Positions 54,742 through 64,000 of a DNA stretch of 64,000 bases are shown here, piece by piece. Position 1 is the first letter of the stretch; the number at the start of each line of letters is the position of its first letter. The DNA lies in IMG/VR virus record IMGVR_UViG_3300042566_001780, positions 124,001-188,000 of that record, one strand, 5' to 3'. A program made the translations under genes and the position numbers. Under the pieces are notes generated by a model. The model was not told where the DNA came from. It saw only the letters and a program-made list of their open reading frames with translations, and searched no databases.

Positions 54742-56556
54742 ATGGCAGATTTAAACACTTGTCCAAATGGGGCTGGATCAATTAACAATCCAGCAAATGC
54801 ATTACCTGAAATTCCGGCATATGTAGTACCTGAAATTCCAGATGTCAACTATTCAGTCACTGACTGTTTAGTTGACTCAAATATACAAGAGCAAATTGCA
54901 GTTGAGGCTCTCAATATCAGCGGAGCTCCGCTCAACATATTCAAGCTCCTAGGTGTTCATGAACAGGGCAAACTAATTGACTTAACAGGAAATGGTACTC
55001 CGCTTAATGGAAGTGATAATGTTTTTGATTCACTCGCATCTAATTGGGCATCTTCTCAAGTGGGAATGGCTGTGTTGACAACCCCATCATGGGTAGGATA
55101 TGATTTTGGTGTTATAAAAACGAGTTATGGATTGGACGCAAATGGACCTGGTATTGCAAACAATCAGCATATTACATCATTGAGAATTACTCAACCTGCT
55201 CAAAATAGACGGGCTCTTCAAATTAAAGTTGAACAATCTGATGGGCAATATTCATTATCCAGCCTAATCATTACTGGTTCTGGTACTGCTACTATTACTG
55301 ACTTCACCGCTGGGCCCAAATGCAAACCTGGTATATTTTCATTAGTAGCTGATGCAACTAATTCATTTACGGTTTTCTTTATTTCAGGTACCACTGAATT
55401 AGTCGGCATCTTAAAGCCTAATCTTAGATTCAATTCAAATTACGGATCATTCACGTTAACATCAAATTCCACTTTTGCCAATGGCGACATCATCACTGCA
55501 TCAATTCAATTGAAGTGGAATCGTGTTGATATTGTTAATTTAGTAGATGACGCTACAGCGCAGAATGTTCGCATTAAACAATCTAAGCCATCTCGCTATT
55601 GGAGAATAGTGCCTACATCATTTAGTGGTGTTGCTTTAAATGAGCCCTGGGAAATATCAAAGCTTGAGCTTTTTGATTATCAAACCACACGGCTTGATGA
55701 TATTCAGGATCCACTATTACTTGAGAATCGCGACCGTGATTATGCATCTCAATCAGTTCAATTAAAGGTTGCCTATCAACCAACTGATACTATATCTGAT
55801 CTATCCAAATTTGGATTTCAGATGACAGATAGTTTCACATTTACCGCAAGCTTTGCCCAAATGGTGAAATTACTTGGAAGGCCTATCGTAGTCGGTGACG
55901 TTTTAGAGCTTCCAAGTGAAATGCAATATGACCAAAATCTGAAACCGGTTAGAAAGTTCTTAGAAGTATCAGATACATCATGGGCGGCTGATGGGTATAC
56001 GACTGCCTGGAAACCGATTATGTATCGATTCCAAGCATCTCAGTTAATTCCATCTCAGGAACATCGCGACATTCTTGGCACCGTTGACACTCAGAAATTC
56101 CTTGTTGATGACGGTACTTTCCTTGATGGTATTGAACAAATTCAAACTGCTCCATTAACGATTTCGCAACAAGTAAAAACTGAAGCCTTACAAGAAGTAC
56201 CAGAAAAAGGTACGAACGTAACTGAAATTGCATCTGGTACTAGTCGATACGGTGAACCTGGTACTTATGATGGACGTGATCTTTATGTTGAAGATGGGTT
56301 ACCACCAGATGGGTTACCATATACCGAAGGCTTCAAACTCCCAGATGTAACTGATGCTTCTGATGGAGATTATTTCAGATTAAACTATGATCCAAAGATG
56401 AATATTGCTTCACGTCTTTACAAGTTTAGCTCAGTTAAAAATAAGTGGATTTATGTTGAAACTGATAGACGTCCTATTAATACTTCACACAAGCCTTCAC
56501 AATTACAAGTCATGCAACAACCTAAAGTCGTTTCCTTAGAAAGCAAAAACCTATGA
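54742..56556 (+). CDS. Neck protein (T4 gp14-like) with large insertions
   Basis: IAVEALNISGAPLNIFKL; DPLLLENRDRDY; LSKFGFQM...VGDVLELP; position between gp13 and gp15. Confidence 0.7.
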   Translation: MADLNTCPNGAGSINNPANALPEIPAYVVPEIPDVNYSVTDCLVDSNIQEQIAVEALNISGAPLNIFKLLGVHEQGKLIDLTGNGTPLNGSDNVFDSLASNWASSQVGMAVLTTPSWVGYDFGVIKTSYGLDANGPGIANNQHITSLRITQPAQNRRALQIKVEQSDGQYSLSSLIITGSGTATITDFTAGPKCKPGIFSLVADATNSFTVFFISGTTELVGILKPNLRFNSNYGSFTLTSNSTFANGDIITASIQLKWNRVDIVNLVDDATAQNVRIKQSKPSRYWRIVPTSFSGVALNEPWEISKLELFDYQTTRLDDIQDPLLLENRDRDYASQSVQLKVAYQPTDTISDLSKFGFQMTDSFTFTASFAQMVKLLGRPIVVGDVLELPSEMQYDQNLKPVRKFLEVSDTSWAADGYTTAWKPIMYRFQASQLIPSQEHRDILGTVDTQKFLVDDGTFLDGIEQIQTAPLTISQQVKTEALQEVPEKGTNVTEIASGTSRYGEPGTYDGRDLYVEDGLPPDGLPYTEGFKLPDVTDASDGDYFRLNYDPKMNIASRLYKFSSVKNKWIYVETDRRPINTSHKPSQLQVMQQPKVVSLESKNL

Positions 56557-57293
56557 GACTAAAAGAATTATTCGAAGACATTCATGTCATAAAGGATATC
56601 TGGACTAAGGAAGAAGCAGATGATCGAGTAGCCAATACTGCATTTCGGCTTGAAGATAAATGGAAAAAATATCCATCAAAAATAAAGTTTCCAGTCGAAA
56701 ACTTTGAAGTAGTTCAAGTTAGAAATGCTGGCATCATTATTGACTGGGAAATAGGTTTGCGTAACAAACTGAACGGGCAATTTGCTGCTATCTTGAATGC
56801 AGACCAGACCTCTATCAAAGTTGGCAAAAAGAAAATAGTTGGTAAAGCTACATCTGTTGCTTCAGTGAATGGCAATTATCTTGGTCAAGGACTAATGCAA
56901 AAGCTCTACCAATACTTGTCTGATAATGGAGAAATTCTATTCTCGTCAACAGACCAGTCTTTTGGTGGTAAAAAGCTATGGCAAAAATTTGTTCAGGAAA
57001 ACAACGAAAACACCTTCTTAGTGTTAGAACTGTTTGAGCATAGCTTTTCATTTGTTCAATCAAAAAATAGTTTTGGCAGATTAAGAAATGCTGAAGGAGT
57101 GTCACCACTTGAATTCTATGAAAAGAATAAGAGTAAAAATGGTGTAGCTCTCATCATCAAAGCTGATTATGACAAACTAATCAAACTTGCATATTTGAAG
57201 TCTTCGGGTAGTTTCAATCCAAGCTATTTTATGACACTGCCAAAAGGCCATCCCCTCATTAGCGAATTCAATTCAATAGCTTTCAGACCATGA
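56553..57293 (+). CDS. GNAT-like protein with MRLKELFE N-terminus
   Basis: YLGQGLMQKLYQYL...STDQSFGGKKLWQKF resembles GNAT motifs A/B. Confidence 0.55.
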   Translation: MRLKELFEDIHVIKDIWTKEEADDRVANTAFRLEDKWKKYPSKIKFPVENFEVVQVRNAGIIIDWEIGLRNKLNGQFAAILNADQTSIKVGKKKIVGKATSVASVNGNYLGQGLMQKLYQYLSDNGEILFSSTDQSFGGKKLWQKFVQENNENTFLVLELFEHSFSFVQSKNSFGRLRNAEGVSPLEFYEKNKSKNGVALIIKADYDKLIKLAYLKSSGSFNPSYFMTLPKGHPLISEFNSIAFRP

Positions 57294-58234
57294 TTACAAA
57301 CTATCATTACTCTGCGCAATTAAAATCATATTTGCGCCAAATTGCTCTTATATTCAATGGTCTCCAAGTAAAAACTGGAGTTGGTGAATGCGGTGAAGAG
57401 GAATTTATTTCTGTTCCATGCGTTATTGGTAGCAAAGATCGAGTAGTCGCTGCGTTAATGTCTGGAAATACGAAGAACCGAGTATTCTCACTACCAACTA
57501 TGTCTCTGTTTCTTCAAAACTTGGCCATGGCGCCAGAAAGAAGAAAAGTACAGGCAATGGTAGATCAACGTGTCACAATGAAAACAGGTGGCGTATTTCC
57601 TGACGACTTGACTGTCGTCAAACGCGCGATGCCCGTACCATTCAATATGACAGTTGAACTGACAATCTATACTTCTAACAATGATCAGATGTATCAGATA
57701 TTGGAGCAAATATTAGTTCTATTCAATCCAGATGTTCAATTTCAAAAATCAGATGCGCCATTTGACTGGACAAAACTAACAAAAATTGAACTTATTGATA
57801 TTGCTAATGAAGAAAATTATCCTGCAGCTACAGATAGAAGAATCATAAATTGGACTCTTACTTTTGAGGTGCCTATCTATATGAGCGTGCCAATGGGTGT
57901 CAAGGACGATTTAGTAAGAAAAGTCACTATTCAACTTTCTGCCAATTCAAATATGACTCCAATTAATGAGGTTGATGAAGATGGTAATTTAACTCCCTTT
58001 GGAACACCGATTGCTATCATGGAATATGATACTCGGCCATTCCCGACTATAACTGAGCAAGATTGTACGTTTACTTCAACTTCTGTGCCAGAAAATCCGC
58101 AAGTTAATGATACTTGGTGGAGACCTGCTCTAAATAAAGCATTTAGGTGGAACGGTGCTTCATGGGTAGATTTTGAACAATACCTTCCTCCACAGAGAAC
58201 TAATGTTGATCCTTTTGAGCCAAAACCACTATGA
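57290..58234 (+). CDS. Tail terminator / sheath stabilizer (T4 gp15-like)
   Basis: YHYSAQLKSYL...ISVPCVIGSKDR...LPTMS...PVPFNMTVEL...QILEQILVLFNP. Confidence 0.85.
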   Translation: MITNYHYSAQLKSYLRQIALIFNGLQVKTGVGECGEEEFISVPCVIGSKDRVVAALMSGNTKNRVFSLPTMSLFLQNLAMAPERRKVQAMVDQRVTMKTGGVFPDDLTVVKRAMPVPFNMTVELTIYTSNNDQMYQILEQILVLFNPDVQFQKSDAPFDWTKLTKIELIDIANEENYPAATDRRIINWTLTFEVPIYMSVPMGVKDDLVRKVTIQLSANSNMTPINEVDEDGNLTPFGTPIAIMEYDTRPFPTITEQDCTFTSTSVPENPQVNDTWWRPALNKAFRWNGASWVDFEQYLPPQRTNVDPFEPKPL

Positions 58235-59808
58235 AATTATCTGAAGCAAAAATGTCATCTAGTCGCTTTAAAGCGGCCTTAGATAAAGGAGATGCAACTA
58301 TTGGTTTTGAATTTGAGATGTTGATTTCTCCAGATTCAAATTTGTACCGACCAGTTAAAGATCCAGATGCGTTAAGGACACTTGATGTCAGCAATTTGAC
58401 AGATATTAACGAATTACTAGATATTCCTGGTGTTGGGAGATATGATAAAAATAATGTCCAAACCGCATTTTGGAAATGGCAAGATGAACAAGCTGAAGAA
58501 TGGATAGATGACAATTGGCGAGATTGGGATGATGAAGATGAGCCTAGTGAATCTGCAGCTCGAGACCAGGCAGAATTTCACATTCTAGATCAAGTTAGAA
58601 AACAAGCAGTCTTTACATTTGAAGATTACTGGAAAACATTCAAGAATGCAAAAGAGGCATTATTTGAGTTCAACATTGATCCGGCATTTGGTTGGGTAGA
58701 TGATAACGAAGTCTATATTGACATTGAAGAAGATCTAGAAACACGATATGACAAAACATGGGCCGAAGTTAAAGAAATTGTTGCACAGAGTTTACTAAAT
58801 TCCCCTGAACTTGGCATTGCTAAATTTGGTGAATCATCAAATGGTCAATGGAAATTAATGGATGACGGATCTATTACAGACAAAGATGCAAATGAGTATC
58901 CAAATATTGTTGGTTATGGATATGAATTAATATCGCCACCATTAGCTGCAAGTGAAGCATTAGAAGCAATGCAAAAAGTGTTTGATTGGATGAGTAGACA
59001 CAAAATTGAAACTAATCAATCGACCGGCTTCCATATCAACATTTCGATGGATAATTTAGATTCATTAGACCCAGTCAAATTGATCTTATTTTTGGGTGAC
59101 GATTACGTATTGAACAAATTTGATAGATCGACATCAAAGTACACAAAATCACAAATCCAAAATCTTTATTGGTATGTGAAGAACAGCAATCCTTCAAAAG
59201 ATATAAAACATGAAAATGGAATTTACACGATTGCAAAACGTGTCTTACTAAGCTCTGAAAAATATCGATCTGTTAATTTCAAAAAATTAGAACTTCAAAA
59301 TCCGTATCTTGAATTTAGATCAGTTGGTAATGAAGATTATCATAGAAGATCAGAAGCAATTTTAGACACTATTGGAAGATTTCTGGTGGCATTGAATATT
59401 GCATGTGACCCAGAAGCTTATAAGCAAGAATTCCTTAAGAAACTTGTGCTACTTGGTGCAAATAACAAAGATGAAATGTCAGACGACCCATTAGCTTCAC
59501 TTATACCTTTAGCTGATGTATATGCTAAAGCACTCGATGATTTGAAACAATGGGGCAATGAGCCTACATTGGCGGGACTATTAGCCTTAAAGTCAATTAT
59601 TAGGATGGCGCATTTTGAAGTTCAATATGAACACAAAAAACTAAGATCAACGCATATCAACAGACTGCGTGATTTGATTTCTATGATTGGACTGACTCCA
59701 AAAAGTTTCATTGAATTAATTAGCAGTGATGAATATAACAAATTATTTCAAGTGCAGCAAATCACTAGTCAAATGCAAGATCTAAAACTACTTCCGAAAA
59801 GCGCTTAA
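58231..59808 (+). CDS. Putative amidoligase (COOH-NH2 ligase type 2)
   Basis: IGFEFE, DGS, GYELISPPL, STGFHINIS, KYRSVNF, YLEFR. Confidence 0.8.
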   Translation: MKLSEAKMSSSRFKAALDKGDATIGFEFEMLISPDSNLYRPVKDPDALRTLDVSNLTDINELLDIPGVGRYDKNNVQTAFWKWQDEQAEEWIDDNWRDWDDEDEPSESAARDQAEFHILDQVRKQAVFTFEDYWKTFKNAKEALFEFNIDPAFGWVDDNEVYIDIEEDLETRYDKTWAEVKEIVAQSLLNSPELGIAKFGESSNGQWKLMDDGSITDKDANEYPNIVGYGYELISPPLAASEALEAMQKVFDWMSRHKIETNQSTGFHINISMDNLDSLDPVKLILFLGDDYVLNKFDRSTSKYTKSQIQNLYWYVKNSNPSKDIKHENGIYTIAKRVLLSSEKYRSVNFKKLELQNPYLEFRSVGNEDYHRRSEAILDTIGRFLVALNIACDPEAYKQEFLKKLVLLGANNKDEMSDDPLASLIPLADVYAKALDDLKQWGNEPTLAGLLALKSIIRMAHFEVQYEHKKLRSTHINRLRDLISMIGLTPKSFIELISSDEYNKLFQVQQITSQMQDLKLLPKSA

Positions 59809-59899
59809 TTCTGGCCAGAAAAATAGTCATTTGTCTAAATACTAAGAATCAATCAAATTAGATTTGATTATCGTAATCACCCTTTAGGAGATAAAAACA

Positions 59900-61741
59900 A
59901 TGGCTACTTTAGTTTCCGCTGGCGTATCAGTTAGCGTTATAAATCAAAGCTTCTTCTTCCCTGCAGTTAGCACTACCGTGCCGCTTTTCTTCGTTGCTAC
60001 CAAATCTGGTAAAGTGCAGCTTGATGGCGTGACTCCTGCTCTCGGCACATTAGAAGCTGGTGTTGTTCGTACTGTGACTTCTTTAGCTCAATCCCTTGAG
60101 TTATATGGAGTTCCAAGTTTCAGAACCGACATTTCTGGCAATGCACATCATGGCGATGCTCGCAATGAATACGGTCTTATGGCTCTTAACCAATATCTTG
60201 GCGCCGGTAACCGTGCTTATGTGGTTCGCGCTGACATTGATCTTGACGATGAGCAACCTGAAACCTTCTACACATTTGGCACCCCAGTTTTAGTTGGCAC
60301 CCCGTCCTTCTCTGGACTTGGTAACGGTACTATTTCTGGCATCACTGCTACTAATAACAAAGTGAAGCCGCAAACCTTCACTGTGTCATTTACTTCTGCT
60401 ACTGCATTCACAGTGCGTGGTTCTATTTCCGGTTTCATTGGTTCAGGCACTGTTGGCACCCCATTCACTTCTTCAAGAATCAACTTGACTGTTGCTGATG
60501 GCTCCGTTGACTTCCAATCTGGCGATTCTTTCACCTTTGGCGTAGCATATGCTGCTACCGCTGGTGCAAATGCTGGTAATGGTACTATGACTGGAATTGC
60601 TGCAGATACGTTAGCAGTTGCAGAAAACTGGACTATTACCTTCACCTCTGCTACTTCGTTCAACGTAGTTGGCTCAGTGTCTGGTACTTTAGCTGGTGGT
60701 ACTACTGGTGTTGTTTATGACAACAATCGCATCATCTTCACTATTACTCCTGGAAGCACGCCATTTACCTCAGGTGACACCTTCACATTGACAACAACTC
60801 AAGTGACAGTATCTGATGTTCTTGGATCTACTGATGCTGCTCGTCGCACTGCTATTGTGACCGCTCTTGCTGCTGCTATGAATTCAAATACTGAAGTTCG
60901 TTCAGATTTGTATGAGTTCACTTTAGTTGCTGCTCCTGGGTATCATGAGCTTTCTGATGAATTAGCTGCATTAGTTGCTGATGTGAAAGAAGAAGCATTT
61001 GCAGTGGTTGACACTCCATGCAATCTGTCTCCTGCACAAACTGCAGCTTGGGCTATGACTTCGGGCAAATCTGCTTCTAACAACTTGGCTTATTACTATC
61101 CATGGTGTGTCGTGAGCAACCTTGATGGCAAGGACGTTTTAGCTGCTCCTTCTGGTACTGCTATCCGCACAATTGCTTTTAGCGATCAAAATGGTTATGT
61201 CTGGACTCCTCCAGCAGGTGTAGCCAATGGCTTAGTGACAGGTGTTTCTAAGGTTGGTTACGTGACTGGTACTCTTGGTACAGCTACTACTTTTGTGGAA
61301 GCAGCGCTTAATGAAGGCCAACGCGATGCTCTTTATGAGTACAACAAGAACATCAACCCAATCACCTTCTTCCCTGGAAGAGGTATTTTGATCTGGGGTC
61401 AAAAGACTGCTGCTCCTGCTGCATCTGCTCTTGATCGTATCAACGTGGCTCGTTTGGTTGCTTATGTTCGTAGAGTTATTCGTAAGGGTGCAATGCCATT
61501 CGTGTTCCAACCTAACGACCAAATCACTCGTGATAACCTAAAGGCTGCCGTTGATGGTATCTTGTCTGATGTTCTTTCTAAGCGTGGTTTGTATGACTTT
61601 GCTACTTTATGCGATGAGTCAAACAATACACCTGATAGAATTGATCGCAATGAATTGGTTGTAAGTGTCGCCATAAATCCTACGCGCGCGGCAGAATTTA
61701 TTTATATCCCGGTGACAATTACTGGGTCGAGCGGTGTCTAA
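59900..61741 (+). CDS. Tail sheath protein (T4 gp18-like)
   Basis: LVSAGVSVSV, APSG, PPAG, YNKNINPI, ILIWGQKT, ALDRINVARL, FQPND, IDRNEL, PTRAAEFI. Confidence 0.95.
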   Translation: MATLVSAGVSVSVINQSFFFPAVSTTVPLFFVATKSGKVQLDGVTPALGTLEAGVVRTVTSLAQSLELYGVPSFRTDISGNAHHGDARNEYGLMALNQYLGAGNRAYVVRADIDLDDEQPETFYTFGTPVLVGTPSFSGLGNGTISGITATNNKVKPQTFTVSFTSATAFTVRGSISGFIGSGTVGTPFTSSRINLTVADGSVDFQSGDSFTFGVAYAATAGANAGNGTMTGIAADTLAVAENWTITFTSATSFNVVGSVSGTLAGGTTGVVYDNNRIIFTITPGSTPFTSGDTFTLTTTQVTVSDVLGSTDAARRTAIVTALAAAMNSNTEVRSDLYEFTLVAAPGYHELSDELAALVADVKEEAFAVVDTPCNLSPAQTAAWAMTSGKSASNNLAYYYPWCVVSNLDGKDVLAAPSGTAIRTIAFSDQNGYVWTPPAGVANGLVTGVSKVGYVTGTLGTATTFVEAALNEGQRDALYEYNKNINPITFFPGRGILIWGQKTAAPAASALDRINVARLVAYVRRVIRKGAMPFVFQPNDQITRDNLKAAVDGILSDVLSKRGLYDFATLCDESNNTPDRIDRNELVVSVAINPTRAAEFIYIPVTITGSSGV

Positions 61742-61757
61742 CTAAATTTTTGCAAAT

Positions 61758-61781
61758 AAAAGGGCTCCTAGGAGCCCTTTT
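61758..61781. terminator. Bidirectional terminator between convergent genes
   Basis: AAAAGGGCTCCT|AGGAGCCCTTTT. Confidence 0.8.
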
Positions 61782-62634
61782 TCAATTTTTGAATCTCAGA
61801 CATTAATTCTTCTAATGTAATGCTGCTTCTATGCCATTTCCCATTATTCTCTCTCCATGGGATGAATTGTAGATTACAATGGTGCCCTATTATTTCTGGT
61901 GCAATTTGCCGCATGAAACCCTCATAGATAGATAATTTATGGTCAACTTGAAAATTATCTATTTGCCGGTCATTAAGCCCTCTTTTGGATGCATCATAAT
62001 TGCTAATGTAGCACACATTCTTTTCTGTTACTGCTCTCACTTTTCTTCGATAGATTTCAAATTCAGAAATTTGGTCCAGCGGAATCCAGTATCCACGTTC
62101 TTCTTGAGTCTTACGTATTTGTGCAGCTTTCTGTTTTGAGTTATTAGAAATCTTTTGTTTAACTTCTGCAGTATGCTTTTTCCCTTTCATTCCACCAACA
62201 AAATCTGGGGCACTGCGAATTTTTTCCATTGCTATGCGATGTTTTTCTTTTTGTTCTGGAGTTATTTTTTGCCCTGTTACCTTTTTTCTTATTTTCTCTT
62301 TCGTTTCTTCAGACAGTGTTTTGCCCTTCAAATGATTATCCCTAGCAGCAACTCGCTGACGTGCTTCATCTGACCATTCATTTTTGTATCCACTTTTGCC
62401 AAAATTCCATGGAATTCTCTTAGTCAGCTTTTTTGATTTTTTTGCTTCCTTCCTCTCTCTTGCTGCTTCTGACATATCTTTTTTAGCAGCACTACGTTTT
62501 GCAGCACTTTCTTCACTTTGCATAGGTGCATCTGGGAATTTCTCTAAATACTGGTCCCTTGTTAATCCATGATGCACCAAGTGACGCTTGGTGATAGCGT
62601 GAAATTCTCTACCGCAAATTTTGCAAGTTATCAT
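61768..62634 (-). CDS. HNH-type homing endonuclease with N-terminal zinc finger and NUMOD3 motifs
   Basis: CKICG...H...H; LSEETKEKI and GKKHTAEVKQKIS; VDHKLS...GHHCNLQFIPWRENNGK. Confidence 0.75.
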   Translation of the reverse strand: MITCKICGREFHAITKRHLVHHGLTRDQYLEKFPDAPMQSEESAAKRSAAKKDMSEAARERKEAKKSKKLTKRIPWNFGKSGYKNEWSDEARQRVAARDNHLKGKTLSEETKEKIRKKVTGQKITPEQKEKHRIAMEKIRSAPDFVGGMKGKKHTAEVKQKISNNSKQKAAQIRKTQEERGYWIPLDQISEFEIYRRKVRAVTEKNVCYISNYDASKRGLNDRQIDNFQVDHKLSIYEGFMRQIAPEIIGHHCNLQFIPWRENNGKWHRSSITLEELMSEIQKLKKGS

Positions 62635-62741
62635 TTTGTGTTAAGCAAAAATAGTTAATTAGCTATTTTAACAAATTGTTACAGATTCGTGCAAAAACAA
62701 AGGGAGCTAATAGCTCCCTTTTTAATAAGCTTTTTAGCTTA

Positions 62742-63338
62742 TTAGGCGTTGAAACCGCCAAGTGCAGTACCAAGGCCTTCGCCACCTTCGCTGAGCGAAC
62801 GAGCATGATCATAACGCAATGTCAATTGGATAGTAACAGCTTCAGAAGCAGAGTAATCAAGATCAGAGAAGTCGGCAGCTTGAATAAAGCAGCCTTCTAA
62901 AATCCAGGTTTCAACCACAGTCTCATCACCATCTAATTGCTCAAGTTTCATGCCAAACTTGTAGTCAGAACCCGTAGCTGCAGTATTGAGCCAACGGCCG
63001 TCAAGATCAACACCAACTAAACGTTGTTGAGTCTCTAATTGACCCTTGACCACTTTAGTAGCTAAACCAGTAATGTCATCTTCAAGAGTAAGGTTAACTG
63101 GAGACCAGGTATGCTTGCCAGATACATATGCCACTGAGTTATAACGGTGGATTGGCACTTCCTCAAATTCGATCTGGGGACGTGTAATTGTCGTTGCTTG
63201 CATGGAAAGGTCTCTGGAATTGACACCAGACACTAGACGACCCATATCTTGGAACGTCACTCTCCACTTGTTTTTCATTTTTGGGTGATATATTCCAGAC
63301 CCAACGCCAGGAATTCCAAAACTTGATAATGTTGCCAT
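62742..63338 (-). CDS. Tail tube protein (T4 gp19-like)
   Basis: PKMKNKWRVTF, RPQIEFEEV, GKHTWSPVNLTLEDD, WILEGCF, TIQLTLRYDHA; CTAAATA upstream. Confidence 0.9.
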   Translation of the reverse strand: MATLSSFGIPGVGSGIYHPKMKNKWRVTFQDMGRLVSGVNSRDLSMQATTITRPQIEFEEVPIHRYNSVAYVSGKHTWSPVNLTLEDDITGLATKVVKGQLETQQRLVGVDLDGRWLNTAATGSDYKFGMKLEQLDGDETVVETWILEGCFIQAADFSDLDYSASEAVTIQLTLRYDHARSLSEGGEGLGTALGGFNA

Positions 63339-63606
63339 TTTTATTTTCTCCGAGAAATAAAAGCCGGTTGTCTTTCAACCTAATTCTTATAAGTATTTAG
63401 CAATTTTGACTTTTTTCTAACGATTTTTCAAAAAGCAATACTCCAGACATATGTATTGGCAATTATAGGAGTCACCCAGGGACACCCAGAGGTGATATCG
63501 CTCTATAAGATGATGGGCTCTAAAGCTAAGTGCCGAAAAATGCCCCCAGGTTCACTAAATGAAACCCAGCTAAATAGATTATGACAATTCTCTTTTGGAA
63601 AATTAA

Positions 63607-64000
63607 ATGGCTGATATCTCAAGCTTACTTAAAACGAGCGGTTTAGATTTGGAAAGAACTGCAACTGACATATTTGGCACAGTTGTATCTGATTTTTCCA
63701 AAGGTACTTTAGAACCAGCATTACGCTCAATTACGGGTGTTCCTGCGCAGCCATTACCAGATAGAAATGCTGGCGGGTGGTATGCTACATCATATGCCCA
63801 TTCATTAGCAAATACTAATACTCGACCTAAGCTAAAATTCCTGTTTAAGGTGGAGTTCTTATTTCGTGCAGAGATAATAAATGCTTATCCATCTCTAAAG
63901 GACAATACTTTTGTGTTTTCTATTAAATCAGTTGATAGACCGAAGGTAGACTTTGAGTATGAAGAGGTTAATAGATACAACTTTAGAACAAAAGTGTTGA
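63607..64000 (+). CDS. Tail tube/baseplate hub-like protein, truncated by window edge
   Basis: Manual translation MADISSLLK...RPKLKFLFKVEF...IKSVDRPKVDFEYEEVNRYNFRTKV parallels gp19 motifs; CTAAATA at 63570. Confidence 0.7.
   Translation, partial: MADISSLLKTSGLDLERTATDIFGTVVSDFSKGTLEPALRSITGVPAQPLPDRNAGGWYATSYAHSLANTNTRPKLKFLFKVEFLFRAEIINAYPSLKDNTFVFSIKSVDRPKVDFEYEEVNRYNFRTKVL

Noticed and set aside
1-64000. Genome-wide TAG reassignment (genetic code 15)
   Set aside because: Very long late genes (2280, 637, 613, 604 aa) are open in the standard code, and several genes end sensibly at TAG (4192, 17898 followed by TGA, 36326). Only two local codon-4 TAGs were found.

Overview
This window is a 64-kb segment of a large lytic T4-superfamily (jumbo-type) myovirus genome, probably infecting a Gram-negative host. 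Positions 1-21.4 kb hold accessory genes: a metallophosphoesterase, an RNA ligase, a LemA/TPM/PspA-like envelope module with two orphan solute-binding proteins, an NAD+ salvage pair (NadM-Nudix and NAMPT) split by a vWA gene and a divergent PurA-like gene, and a GNAT. Next come a tail-fibre block with a 2280-aa Asp-box repeat protein and an IS607-type tnpA/tnpB element. Then follow small genes, a second RNA ligase, an 11-tRNA cluster interrupted by a Seg-like endonuclease, and five tandem LRR paralogues ending in an LRR-GH19 fusion. The window ends with neck (gp13/14/15), sheath and tube genes. The most striking observation is a lone tRNA at 17916-17992 whose standard cloverleaf register gives a CUA (amber suppressor) anticodon. 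About 2.5 kb downstream are two adjacent genes (PTH2-like and HD-domain). Each has a strong RBS and ATG followed by an in-frame TAG at codon 4, while the rest of the window reads in the standard code. This suggests amber-gated expression rather than genome-wide recoding. A second strong theme is a shared N-terminal MKLxELxE motif on about ten late-promoter proteins, resembling a capsid-targeting signal for injected proteins. All family assignments are by motif recognition by eye; no database search was run.
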